From: a virus
Lineage: Duplodnaviria; Caudoviricetes
Virus record (IMG/VR): IMGVR_UViG_3300043772_000427
Span: 1-63,282 of that record
Direction: 5' to 3' (one strand)
Length of the DNA stretch: 63,282 nucleotides
The notes beneath the pieces were generated by a model that was not told the origin of the DNA, ran no database searches, and worked only from the letters and a program-made list of their open reading frames with translations. A program made the translations under genes and the position numbers. Shown here in pieces: positions 38,001-46,515 of the stretch (its first letter is position 1; every line of letters starts with the position of its first letter).

Positions 38001-38348
38001 AGAGCGAGCCTTTTCACGAGCAAGCAAGGACGCGGACTTTAAGCCCTTTGCATATTCTTCAATGTCTTGACCAGCGCCCAATGCGCCCGTCTTAGAAAAG
38101 TCGCCTGTAGCTAAACCGTAGAGCTGACCGGGAAGTTGGACCAAACTGCCAATACCACCCAAACCAGCGGCCCCAATATCGGTAAACGCTTCACCAAAAG
38201 TACGCTCTGGGATTTTAGGCGCGGCAGGTTTAGGAGCAGGTCTTTGTCCTTGTGCATGAGTTGTATATGCCCATTGCCAAGCAGTGTTAGGGTCTGGCGC
38301 ATCTACTTCGTATGTTTTATTCCCAACATCTACTTGGTATGTAGGCAT
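32094..38348 (-). CDS. giant virion / ejection protein with HExxH and LPD38-like C-terminus
   Basis: 2084 aa; N-terminal Ala/Gly membrane-like helices, TLLHELVH, C-terminal IP..WGFG and P.LE...N.D..GR.I. Confidence 0.7.
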   Translation of the reverse strand: MPTYQVDVGNKTYEVDAPDPNTAWQWAYTTHAQGQRPAPKPAAPKIPERTFGEAFTDIGAAGLGGIGSLVQLPGQLYGLATGDFSKTGALGAGQDIEEYAKGLKSASLLAREKARSEKVAQAEKEGQLAAFKAAFGETVSDPALLTSFLAEQLPQIIPAAITGGGTAALTSGSTLAKELAKGTAKEAAEAAAKKAAIKSGTTAAVQTGAVQQGADIGAGSYDEIYAELSKRMPAERAAAETINLARAAGVSGYALSVLANRFLPGGSALERVLAGEKTGKGIIRGGVAGALKELPSENVEEVGGRLAQNIAARTAGLDRDLTSGLGETAAMASLGAAGMGGVTGIVGGRQTDQQIRDEVLRQEALKQREEEQQKQEAVVEEPATTEVKKEGKPSIVGTEFEEVAPGTVVETPAEIKTGAPAEVAAMQADYDKRDAEIKELESRGTTLNAGEKSKLTRKRKENAELKAKIDDALSKISPKGAEDVTGTVSEAAGTSTTLPPQSTVIVPPAPGSGEAKRDGVVSTGPDVTGAAEGKGTESVAVKTGPSEEVKKEMDEKVKQVADLYDEEREYAKLDDDGANLYDALQTGKLPAGMELGTARLDAVLERNELELPDLPDNFETLPPQAKVEAVNEALNDLKQQIDDKRAVLVPWEKLTDDQRQVYLDNVRNNTAQEHASARRALVRYRKQLRETQGKPKDLKADPSAGIYERNRQAYKSRDRLEYPTWEQLNDEQRALYNKTLSDKQKDIKNATAEDHDTAFKAVADKLVQEGYIPAPGKTYLDVREAQLKKSEAESQERAQREIKEKREGKKAKPTGEKKVPNALIDKIKEGDLGAVLNWLSTSIPNPNKTIAIKLQRLVASRIKSLGLKTKIKYVDSLPDGDIAQYNPESDTILVTPEGATATTLLHELVHAATIKILDRVSNNDIANLTPEQIDAANQLDDIMALTASDLAELFPNAYKNIFEFVSEAISNPEFQDALKKYPATGLEYTLTPDRSALSRFIENVIEILNLKNLFTKSGAFGKANLLSEAFTAFESIIEVPEGGIERAPLPAPKAAPTTQKAEGKVDVTTEEAIKRNELPETSGINAVRRLFTTRQGGMNLVTKFQNARYAIKSWEDGLTRAGKIIYSGSKLNNIYTQIALAASRAKDLYLTRVNTPASDMQSAIGAYAKASGLTTKEATERLHVYLMGLHEGERRDVKYMLNVPLKDDKILKIGNEILSPAGFRERIMDEVLSGTLNKTQIETARNALNNVVAKYKDPTGSSPNGSKSIERDNEEYNVIGGYTPNSIKNFIKSYEGDPNRKEVDKVIAAMRKLQDATKELNKEANYWSAPVQSIVDFYGWKNYVPFAGKEKYTNEADAMLDFNSNRLGREMQEGQNSFEGRETDSDNSIVQSLTDATRAAMRAGRRDVTLAIKNAVAKDKDGNQLLKGRIAKTIPFADRYKDLNIGEEKKENVIFHYNKDGSIDVIEIYDKAQRNAIRRTYEQSQPIIDMLNHVTSTVGQMHTRYNIAFAPVNFFRDALTNAYSIGVEMGPKASAQYIGAIATNVANGGLFRAAKVAALYEAGKFDQIRAMAKKSDYVRDMLEFIEQGGKVSYLAGLSSKGQFKELQKSLDRTGILKTKDQIDKFVDIYTDMFELASRTAAYRIAKSQALAENLSPADAQVKAAGYAKGLANFEQVGEWGRAAGAAFMFFRPAATGAVRAIETLGPMLRDPKDALKELPEYIQKDKVASAEFLKKYNDQKKAATAMTLGLLGMGSAIYLMSMALSDDDDLGRNRTATDDANRWSRYARFHIPGMDTPIQIPWGFGLGAFASAGGQIAALATGNSSVKTALSNIVVTGLDSFLPLPVSRISPIDNFPAWAMDSATPSVARPFLEWVMNIDGLGREIYNNRQSRYGDAYTGGDNIPELYKSAARTLAEITDGKVDWSPNTMYFFANNYGDGLMRLAQTGYNYGLLAAGEKAFNPKTDTVFFDSFFGAPSNFDARQFSEVEKQILTKQQKLNMFKDSNPEAYARYVEKNPMDEYIVEHYNKVINQDLKKLREEANIYRRMPGLTPKERTEAVKNVVKFQNLVKRGIIEDFEMMGVEP

Positions 38349-38356
38349 TCTTTACC

Positions 38357-40198
38357 TCATGATTTTTTGACTGTTTCACGCACCGCACCGGGTGGTGGAG
38401 GAGGAATATTAACAGTTCCGCCGCCCGCAGTGGGCAACATCTTTGCAATTTTTTCGTTTATTGCATCAACCGCTGCTTGGGCTTTTTCCTGTGCCTTAGG
38501 ATCAATATTTGGCATGTACAACAAACGTTCTTGGAAGGAGCGTTGATCTATTAATTTTTTGTATTCAGGATTTCTGCTTAAAGTATCTTGCCACTTACGT
38601 TCTTGCTCAGCAATCCAGTTTTGTTGTCTTTGTTGACGTTCAGATTTTTTACCTTCTGCTTGCGCAGCAGCAAGAGCTTCCCGAGATTTACGGTTGTCCT
38701 CCGCAATCTGTCTAGTCTGCGCAAGAGTTGCTTGTTTATTAAGCAAACTAGTACCGGAAGCTTCTGATTGTTTCTTCTCAGAGATAAGATCTTTAACGGC
38801 TTCTTTGCCAGCCGCCACGTCTTTGTAACGACCTTCAATTCTGGCCTTGTCAATCTCAGAGTTAAGTTTGTTAAGTTCATCAAGGAATTTAAGGTCTTCA
38901 GCGTCGTAGTTTTGTTTCCCAGATATAGCGCCTACGGCCATGTTTTGAAGAACACCGGCAATACCGCCTTTGGTAGGCTTACCAGCAGACATCAACGCAT
39001 CGATCCACAGCGGCTGACGGCTGCCTTGTATTTCTTTGATCCTTGCTTCGCGAGCAGCAGCGCGGTCTTGCGCAGGTTTCAACAACGCATCCAGACCCAT
39101 AAACTGGGCGTTCTGTTCCATAGCCTTCTTGCGAACAGCTTCTGGATCTTTTGCCAGTGCATCCATAATGCTTTTGCGAAGCGCCGTCTCCATAGGGTCC
39201 ATAGCTTCTGAAGCGGGCTTGGCTGGTTCAGCGGGCTTGGCTGGCGCATTAACGTTTGCAGCAGGTGGGCGAGGTGGTTTTGGAGCAGGTGCGGGAGGCT
39301 GGGGCGCTGATATTGGGTAGCGAGGAACAATTCTGTCACCCGCTCCTTGTGAAGTAGGGATCTGCTCGGTACGAGCATTTGCCACTAATTTTTTCCACGA
39401 TTCATCACTCATACCCACAGGGCGCACAAACGTCTTACCGTCTTTATCTGTATACATGTTGTTTACAGTTGGCGCAGCAATATTCCCGGGTTTTTCGTAG
39501 GTAGTACCGGGCTTACTAGATTGCACAGTGGGCGCTTCACTGGGCGTTTCTCTTTCTGTTGGCTTACGCAACATGTCTGTAAACGGAGTTGGGCTAAATC
39601 TAAATTTATTACCAACTTGATCGTCTGATTGAGTATTAACTTCTTTCCCAGTCAATGCACTACCAATACGGTTTAGGAAACGTTCTAGCCCAGAGCCGGT
39701 ATCTGCGGCTAAGTTGTAACCAGCGGCTATGGGCAACTGCGCAATATCCACTACAGCGGCCAAAGGCTCTAACAGCGCTCTACGATCTTCTTCACGTTGT
39801 TTAGCTTTTTTATCTTCTACTTCGCTACCTTTAGTGCCATCAAACGCAACAATACCGCCGCCAGCGTAGTACTGGCCAAGGTTAGACATAAGTTGATCAA
39901 TACTGCCACCACGAGCCGCCATAACGGGTTGGCCTTGCATTTGACCTTGGGCTTGCATACCGCCAAGCATCTGGCGTAGTTTTTCTACAACAGACTGTTG
40001 AGCACCGCCCGCTTGCATAGCCTGTTGGCCTTGCGCACTGTTACGCAACTCGGCAATCTTTTGAAGCGCCATGGCTTCTTCTAAGTCAGGAGGGATTTCA
40101 CCCGGTGGCTGACCCTGCTGGGCCTTCTGCACCTTAGCCTGCAAGGGTTGGGGATTACCCTTATATGTATCTACAAGTTGGTTGATTCCGCCGTTCAT
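38357..40198 (-). CDS. putative internal virion (ejection) protein
   Basis: 613 aa, Q/A-rich and helical; MAARGG and YAGGG motifs. Confidence 0.6.
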   Translation of the reverse strand: MNGGINQLVDTYKGNPQPLQAKVQKAQQGQPPGEIPPDLEEAMALQKIAELRNSAQGQQAMQAGGAQQSVVEKLRQMLGGMQAQGQMQGQPVMAARGGSIDQLMSNLGQYYAGGGIVAFDGTKGSEVEDKKAKQREEDRRALLEPLAAVVDIAQLPIAAGYNLAADTGSGLERFLNRIGSALTGKEVNTQSDDQVGNKFRFSPTPFTDMLRKPTERETPSEAPTVQSSKPGTTYEKPGNIAAPTVNNMYTDKDGKTFVRPVGMSDESWKKLVANARTEQIPTSQGAGDRIVPRYPISAPQPPAPAPKPPRPPAANVNAPAKPAEPAKPASEAMDPMETALRKSIMDALAKDPEAVRKKAMEQNAQFMGLDALLKPAQDRAAAREARIKEIQGSRQPLWIDALMSAGKPTKGGIAGVLQNMAVGAISGKQNYDAEDLKFLDELNKLNSEIDKARIEGRYKDVAAGKEAVKDLISEKKQSEASGTSLLNKQATLAQTRQIAEDNRKSREALAAAQAEGKKSERQQRQQNWIAEQERKWQDTLSRNPEYKKLIDQRSFQERLLYMPNIDPKAQEKAQAAVDAINEKIAKMLPTAGGGTVNIPPPPPGAVRETVKKS

Positions 40199-40207
40199 AT
40201 TAATCCC

Positions 40208-41911
40208 TTATGGTTTTGGTGCTGGTGTAGCAGGAGTAGGACCTAAACCCAGATTTTTCAACAAACTAGCCACGCTACCCGCGCCTGTTAGCGCATTTGC
40301 AAACGCACTAGGTTGTACGGTGTTAATACTCTGAGCCGCTAATGGAAGACCGCTAAGCAATGACTGTTGGAACTGAACCATCTTATAAGGGTTTGCCCTA
40401 GCTTCTTCAAACGCTGTTTTATCTGCGGCAATTCCTTCAGACTCAATGCCACGCTCAATTCCACCTTGACCAGCCATAAGGTTAGCCAGACCCATACTTT
40501 GACCCTGCTCAGTATTGAACTGTTGCATGGCCTTGTCGTATGCGTTGGAGTACCCTTGGCCAATCGCAGTATTCTGTGCATTGAGCAGATTGCGGCCTGC
40601 TTCAGACTCCATGATGGCTTGACGGCCACCACCAAACGCACCTGCTTTAGTCAATGCGCCAAGACCAGATTGGTTTGTGATTTCTGCTTGACGACGCATC
40701 TCAGCCAACTGGGGCTGCAACACTGACTGCAGATACGGGTTCATGTATTGCGATGCAGGGCTAGTTCCACCACCAACAGGTTGACCACCAGCACCAATAG
40801 TTGGCGCACCGGCAGAACTAAATGATTGTCCAAGCTGGCCGGGGAAGTTAACGTTTGATAACCCGCTAAACACTTTATTCTGCAAATTAGATGCGCCCGC
40901 AGTCAGTGGGCCACCGTACTCTTGATATGGCATCTCAGACAAAGCCTGACCTTTGCCGAGCATATCAGTCACATAAGGACCAGCCCAGTTAGACAGGTTA
41001 GATTCAGTGCCGGTCACACCTGCGTTAGCGGCAGTACCAACGCCAGAAATACCACCAGTTTGGAAGCGTTGAACTTCACCACCAGCGGCATAAGCTTTGG
41101 CTAAACCACCGGGCATAAAACTATCAGGGTTGATCTCTTTACCTTGCTCTTTTGTGCCGGTACGAGCCTCACGGATTTTGTCCATCATGTCGTATAACCT
41201 TTGTGCACCTGCATCAGAGTTACCATTACCTAAGTGAGAGACGACATCAGCGGGGATAACAAACTCACCGTGGCTAAGCGCCGCTGGTTGATCTTCACCA
41301 ATTTGCGCTGGGATTTCATCAGCCATACCGTCAGTCCCGCCTTGTAAGTATCTACCTTGCGCCAATCCCATTAAACCACCTTGCGCGGCTTTAACTTCTT
41401 CAGGAGCTGTTGGGGCTACAGGGGCTTGCGCCGCTACTTTGGGCATAAAAGATACGTCACCACCGTAACGAGTGCCGCCAGCACCGGGACGACGACCGGC
41501 TTGAGGCGCAGTAACCATGTTCCGTGTCGCAGTGTATTTAGGAATACTGCCTTGGTATCCAGTAGGCGTGGATGAAGAGCTGTTTGCGCCAAACAGACTA
41601 GCCAAGCCACCACCCAAAGCGCCAAGTTTAAGAATATCTATGCCGCCCTTACCGTCGCTAAACAAAGATTTAATTAGGTTGCCTAGCCCGCCCGCATCCA
41701 CGGGTGTATTACTAGTGCCATAGCCACCGCCAGTGTCAGGGTTGACGGTTACTGTGCCGTCAGGGTTTTGTGTGTAAGACGTGCCGGGGCCACCTATGCC
41801 AGTTGAAGGAGGATCAACGTCACCGTAGTTTGTGGGGTATGGATTAAACACAGATTCGTTGTCTCCTCCAGAACTAGGCAGGATGTTTAAGTTGTACTCA
41901 TCTTCGGTCAT
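40208..41911 (-). CDS. putative internal virion (pilot/ejection) protein
   Basis: Gly/Gln-rich; YMNPY and GAFGG.R motifs, LSHGEFVIPADVV domain, several xxxGG motifs. Confidence 0.65.
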   Translation of the reverse strand: MTEDEYNLNILPSSGGDNESVFNPYPTNYGDVDPPSTGIGGPGTSYTQNPDGTVTVNPDTGGGYGTSNTPVDAGGLGNLIKSLFSDGKGGIDILKLGALGGGLASLFGANSSSSTPTGYQGSIPKYTATRNMVTAPQAGRRPGAGGTRYGGDVSFMPKVAAQAPVAPTAPEEVKAAQGGLMGLAQGRYLQGGTDGMADEIPAQIGEDQPAALSHGEFVIPADVVSHLGNGNSDAGAQRLYDMMDKIREARTGTKEQGKEINPDSFMPGGLAKAYAAGGEVQRFQTGGISGVGTAANAGVTGTESNLSNWAGPYVTDMLGKGQALSEMPYQEYGGPLTAGASNLQNKVFSGLSNVNFPGQLGQSFSSAGAPTIGAGGQPVGGGTSPASQYMNPYLQSVLQPQLAEMRRQAEITNQSGLGALTKAGAFGGGRQAIMESEAGRNLLNAQNTAIGQGYSNAYDKAMQQFNTEQGQSMGLANLMAGQGGIERGIESEGIAADKTAFEEARANPYKMVQFQQSLLSGLPLAAQSINTVQPSAFANALTGAGSVASLLKNLGLGPTPATPAPKP

Positions 41912-41913
41912 TG

Positions 41914-43818
41914 TTATTTCCTTTGTGTGGTGTTCTCACCAGCGGGCGTTAAATTAATCTCTGACCCGAACAAATCTTCCATCAATTTTATATGGGCGTA
42001 AGGGTCTTGCATAGGGGCTTGCTGCATAGGTTGTTGTTGCCCACCTAAAAGCGCTAGTAAACCCATCATATCCATGCCAGATGAGCTTGATAGACGCGCA
42101 GGGGTTGTTGGAGCTTTAACTGGCCCAGTTGGTGCTGGAGTCGTACCCGGTGTAGTTGGTGCAGGGGTTGATGTAGTTGGCTGTTTATCGCCAGTAATTG
42201 TTAGTTCACCGCCGTCGTCAATCGGCGTAGGCATGAAGTCATCATCCGGACTCGGCATAGGCCGGTCGCCCGTTATCACTAACTCAGAAAGTTTTTCTGC
42301 TGGCGCTTTGTATGGCTCTAATGATTTAATAAACTCGTCTATGTTTGCAGGCTCTTGTTGAACCGTAGTCTCTTCTTTTGGACGGTCGCCCGTTACTACC
42401 AACTCGGAAAGTTTTTCTGCTGGAGTCAGCGAAGGGGGTTCACCCGCGTCCTCAAGATTCCTGAAAATGTCCTCAGACACACCCTTGCCAACCGTATCGC
42501 GGTTAGATGTAACAAGCACCTCGTTGTCGGCATTAATTAAATTAAGGATGTCTTGGTTGCTTAACCCGCCATCAGACGGCTTGTCGATTGTATTAATACC
42601 AATAGACTTTAAAAAATCATCAACCTCCTCAACCTGCGGCTCACCCAAAGAGCGTGTAGGCAAAGACGGTAAAGTAGTTGTTGACTCTGGCCCGTATATG
42701 CGCTCAAGTTCCTCAATTCCCCCTTGCGTATTTGCGTCTTCTTCTTCAGGAGAAATTTGTGACCGAGAAATAGCCGTGTTAAGTCTGTTCTCTATAAGTT
42801 GTGCTTGCTCTTCTGGGCTAAGCGGGTCTTCTGCTTGCAAATCTGCGCTGGACTTTGTTGGTGAACTTCCACCGGATCCTGACATTGCATCCATGCCGTA
42901 AAGCATCATGGCTAACGGATCACCGCTCTCGATAGCTTTAACTGCGCCGATTGCTTTAGAAACATCTTTAAGGTTTACACCGCCAACGTCGCTTACACCC
43001 GCCAAATTAGCGCCAGAAAACGCAATCGCTAATGGATCGCCACTTTTTACAGCACCTGCAAATCTAGCAGCATTGGCAACATCAGCCATACCACTAACAC
43101 CCGCAAGATTCCCCACGCCCGCAAGGTTGGTAATAACACCTAGAGGATTGTCTTGCTTTGCGGCAATAGCCGCGTTAGCAGCCATAGCAAATGGAGCCAA
43201 GCCGGGAACAAACGACGCAAGTGTTAAGAACGGAGCAATAGAACCCATGTCACTGCTAGATGCGCCTTGCGTGTAGAAAACTGGCAAGCCTTGGTCATCA
43301 AACTGAACACCATAACCAGTATTACCTTTACCCTCATAAGTTCCGCCAAAGAAGTTACCTGTTTGGCGTTCTGTGTAGGTGTTAGGTACAGCTTGGCCTG
43401 TTACTTTATTGCCAAAAGTTTGCTCAGTTACAGTCTGATAAATTGGGTCACCCCAATCCTCGTATCCAACAACCTTTTGTACTTCTCTTGTGATTGGGCC
43501 AAACTGGCTAATGTCTGTGATTCCTGTTTCAGCAAGAATTCGAGCCATGTCTTTAGTAGCTTGATCAGCACCATAGCCGCCTGTCCATCGAGATGTGTCG
43601 CTTCGGGCTTGGATTTGTTTTATCAACGCCTCAATTGTGGCGTTGTTAGTTTTAGGCGCAGGCGTTTCTGCGGGTTTTTCAACGGGCGCTGGAATTGGGG
43701 CAGCTATAGGTGGGTTAATAATGTTTGCCAACGCTTCGTTCTGCTCCATAGCACTGCCGCCAAAGCCATTGTCTTCAAAATCTACGAAGAAGTTGTTTCC
43801 GCGATCACGAATAGGCAT
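41914..43818 (-). CDS. putative internal virion protein with acidic disordered C-half
   Basis: Central Ala/Gly hydrophobic helices; repeated ELVVTGDR-like motifs. Start may be 43836. Confidence 0.6.
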   Translation of the reverse strand: MPIRDRGNNFFVDFEDNGFGGSAMEQNEALANIINPPIAAPIPAPVEKPAETPAPKTNNATIEALIKQIQARSDTSRWTGGYGADQATKDMARILAETGITDISQFGPITREVQKVVGYEDWGDPIYQTVTEQTFGNKVTGQAVPNTYTERQTGNFFGGTYEGKGNTGYGVQFDDQGLPVFYTQGASSSDMGSIAPFLTLASFVPGLAPFAMAANAAIAAKQDNPLGVITNLAGVGNLAGVSGMADVANAARFAGAVKSGDPLAIAFSGANLAGVSDVGGVNLKDVSKAIGAVKAIESGDPLAMMLYGMDAMSGSGGSSPTKSSADLQAEDPLSPEEQAQLIENRLNTAISRSQISPEEEDANTQGGIEELERIYGPESTTTLPSLPTRSLGEPQVEEVDDFLKSIGINTIDKPSDGGLSNQDILNLINADNEVLVTSNRDTVGKGVSEDIFRNLEDAGEPPSLTPAEKLSELVVTGDRPKEETTVQQEPANIDEFIKSLEPYKAPAEKLSELVITGDRPMPSPDDDFMPTPIDDGGELTITGDKQPTTSTPAPTTPGTTPAPTGPVKAPTTPARLSSSSGMDMMGLLALLGGQQQPMQQAPMQDPYAHIKLMEDLFGSEINLTPAGENTTQRK

Positions 43819-43820
43819 GA

Positions 43821-44162
43821 TTATCCTACCTTCCAATTTGTGCCGTCAGAGTATACGGGTGTAGCCACTGCACCACCGCCAGCTACAGTTGATCCAAATG
43901 TTGGAGCAGACGCATCAGTCACAAAAGACCTTGAGCCTTTTCCAGATGTTACCGCACTTGGCAACGTTGCCACAGTGTAATTAGTTAGGGCTGGAACAAT
44001 GTTGTCTGTCTTTAACTGGTCAAGAATTGCATCAACACGATTAAAGTACAAACGCAACACGTTGTTAAGCTGGTCGGTATACGCACGAGAGTATTCCTCT
44101 GTAGCCAATGGTAAGTTGGGCGCTGCAACCTGACTAAGTTCAAACTCTGACGTAACGATCAT
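43821..44162 (-). CDS. virion-associated hypothetical protein
   Basis: APNLP...Y...LRLYF N-terminus; TVATLP...VYSDGTNW C-terminal fibre-like domain. Confidence 0.65.
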   Translation of the reverse strand: MIVTSEFELSQVAAPNLPLATEEYSRAYTDQLNNVLRLYFNRVDAILDQLKTDNIVPALTNYTVATLPSAVTSGKGSRSFVTDASAPTFGSTVAGGGAVATPVYSDGTNWKVG

Positions 44163-46030
44163 GAGTTACCCCTGCGACCGTCTTGCCTGATGTCAATACG
44201 CGGGCTACCTAGTTGCCACTGAGTGCCAAGCTGACTAGACTCAAGCTTTAAGATCATTTGACGACCACGAACCCTGACATAAACCTGACCAGTAAACTCT
44301 TCAATAGGGACGGTAGCTGTACGAGCAATGGTTGCATTGCTGTTGCCCCCTACAGAAATAGGGTCGTTAAAGCCTGAGCCAGAGTTCTGCATTGGGATTA
44401 AAGTCATGGTGACTTGCGGAGCGCTTGCGCCCGTAGACCCACTAAAGGTAATGTCTGGAAGCATACGCCACACAAAACCAAAGTGATGGCCGTCATCAAT
44501 ATCAAACTCAGCAGTTTCAATGACTGCGTTAATTGCAGTGGTAACTTCTGTTGAGTTATCGTCTACACCGTACTCATGGTAGACGACGTTGTTGATGTCT
44601 GTAGCGGCCATTGGGTAGTTACGCAAGCCGGAGTCAAGCCATGCGGTTCTAACCATGTTGCCGTAATACCATACGCCTTCGCCGTTGTTCTCAAAATAGT
44701 TGTAGACCACGTACCGGTCAATTGAGGAGGACGATGCTGAACAATAGAAGAACCAAACTTCATTAAAGCCTTCATTGGTACTGGCAAAAAATTGATCTGA
44801 CTGTTCTGCATTAATATCTTCAAAAATAAATTTACGTAAGTCGCAACGTAATGTTTGAACGCGACCGTCGTATTTGTAGAACTTGTCTACGCCCATCCAA
44901 TAAACCACACCCGAACCAATTGCCACAGCGTTTTGGCTGGCAATAGAAATGTTGTCACCTAGCAGCTGGGAACTCCAAATGACTGGCGGGCCTTGGTATT
45001 GTAAAGAATACAGCGTTGAATCCGTGTACACCAAAATCTCTTGGCGAGTCTGAAGCGCAGTCACAATCTTGGAGCCATGTGACAACAGTAAACTACCGGC
45101 TTGGTTTGTAGCTGCGGGCGTCCACATTGCAATGTCTTCTTGATCCGACCAGCGAAGCAACATCTGGTTTTGCACAATACTGCCGTAGTCGTTTACACCA
45201 AACGCAAACACAAACCTTGACGCATCAGAAACAAGTAAATAGTTCTGCATCAACGGAACGTCCGATGCGCCAACCAAACTAGAAACTAAAACACCTCTGG
45301 TGGTTAACCCAGTAGCATTGTCCCAGTAATAGATTTCTCCACCACGATAACCAAAGACTAAGTTTTCACCAAAGTTTGACTGGCTCCAAATCCGGATTGG
45401 AAAGCTCGTAGATGTACCAACACCCCAACCACCAGTACCCCATCCACCTGCACCCCATCCCAGAACAGGCAGGGCAGTAGCAGGGCCAACGTTAATTTGA
45501 TACGCAGCCACCACAGCCGCGCCGCCATAGGATCCAGCTGGAATAGCAGATGCTACAGTGATTGTGTAGGTATCTACAGTCAGAACTGTAATTTGATACT
45601 CTTGATTCCAAGTGGTCGCGTATGTGCCGGTAGCACCGCTGAATGTGACAAAGTCGCCCGTTACCCCGCCGTGAGCGGTATCGGTTACTGTAACTGTGGT
45701 TGTCCCGTTACCGGCAAAAGGATTGTTGTTAATTGTGGGGGCTGGAACTACCCGCAGTGGGGTAATGTCGTAGTATGTGCCGCCAAACTCAATGTAAAAC
45801 TTTAAATTGGTTCCAACGCTTAACAAGTTAGCGCCGCCTAACGTCACCCAGTTCCACAAAGAACGGCAAACCCCAAGGAAAAAATTGGCTGAAATGCGTG
45901 TCCACCCACCAATTTTCTCAGGTGTACCTTGACGAAAGCGCACCTTGTCGGACACATAGTATCCGTTTTCATTGGTATAACGAGTGTTCTCTCTGTTTAC
46001 ACCGGCTTTCAGGGTAAGTTTTTTGAGCAT
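44159..46030 (-). CDS. tail hub / DNA-stabilisation protein (P22 gp10 / T7 gp12-like)
   Basis: 623 aa, beta-rich; VRF..G.PEKIGGW, RWSDQE, W..G...RTAW; inserted TVTVT..AHG...GDFVT domain. Confidence 0.7.
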   Translation of the reverse strand: MLKKLTLKAGVNRENTRYTNENGYYVSDKVRFRQGTPEKIGGWTRISANFFLGVCRSLWNWVTLGGANLLSVGTNLKFYIEFGGTYYDITPLRVVPAPTINNNPFAGNGTTTVTVTDTAHGGVTGDFVTFSGATGTYATTWNQEYQITVLTVDTYTITVASAIPAGSYGGAAVVAAYQINVGPATALPVLGWGAGGWGTGGWGVGTSTSFPIRIWSQSNFGENLVFGYRGGEIYYWDNATGLTTRGVLVSSLVGASDVPLMQNYLLVSDASRFVFAFGVNDYGSIVQNQMLLRWSDQEDIAMWTPAATNQAGSLLLSHGSKIVTALQTRQEILVYTDSTLYSLQYQGPPVIWSSQLLGDNISIASQNAVAIGSGVVYWMGVDKFYKYDGRVQTLRCDLRKFIFEDINAEQSDQFFASTNEGFNEVWFFYCSASSSSIDRYVVYNYFENNGEGVWYYGNMVRTAWLDSGLRNYPMAATDINNVVYHEYGVDDNSTEVTTAINAVIETAEFDIDDGHHFGFVWRMLPDITFSGSTGASAPQVTMTLIPMQNSGSGFNDPISVGGNSNATIARTATVPIEEFTGQVYVRVRGRQMILKLESSQLGTQWQLGSPRIDIRQDGRRGNS

Positions 46031-46038
46031 CGGCAGTC

Positions 46039-46515
46039 CTACGAAAGAAACACGGCGCGTTCGTCGATGCGACGTTTTTGCAGCCCTTTGAGAATTTTAC
46101 CCCCCGCCATGCAATACTTCAAGAGTTCTTCTGCCGCACCTTCCATATCACCACGCATCACCTTCTGGCGCAGAGTTGAACGCTGTAATGTGCCTAGCCC
46201 CACATTGAAGGAAAATGATACCAACGCATCAAACTGTCCTTGAGTAAGAGGCACAGGACAATAAGTAGCCACGCCTTTCTCAAAGCGAGCAAGATCTGCC
46301 CTAAGTATTGCATCAACTTCCTCCATTGAATATTTACGCATGGCTTCTGCGGGTGGTGTAAACGCATCCCGCTGGTCTATCTTCAACTTGCCTTGCTCTG
46401 GAAACATGACATGGCCGACCCCGATTGTCCAAAGCTTTGCTGGACATTTATACGGGTTTACCCTCACGCCCTCATGGTGGCGGATCATGTGTAAACACTT
46501 GTCTGAGATTTTCAT
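46039..46515 (-). CDS. endolysin, GH24 lysozyme
   Basis: HEG...Y.CP...WTIGVGH, QGQFDALVSFSFNVG, GL.KRR..E. Confidence 0.92.
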   Translation of the reverse strand: MKISDKCLHMIRHHEGVRVNPYKCPAKLWTIGVGHVMFPEQGKLKIDQRDAFTPPAEAMRKYSMEEVDAILRADLARFEKGVATYCPVPLTQGQFDALVSFSFNVGLGTLQRSTLRQKVMRGDMEGAAEELLKYCMAGGKILKGLQKRRIDERAVFLS

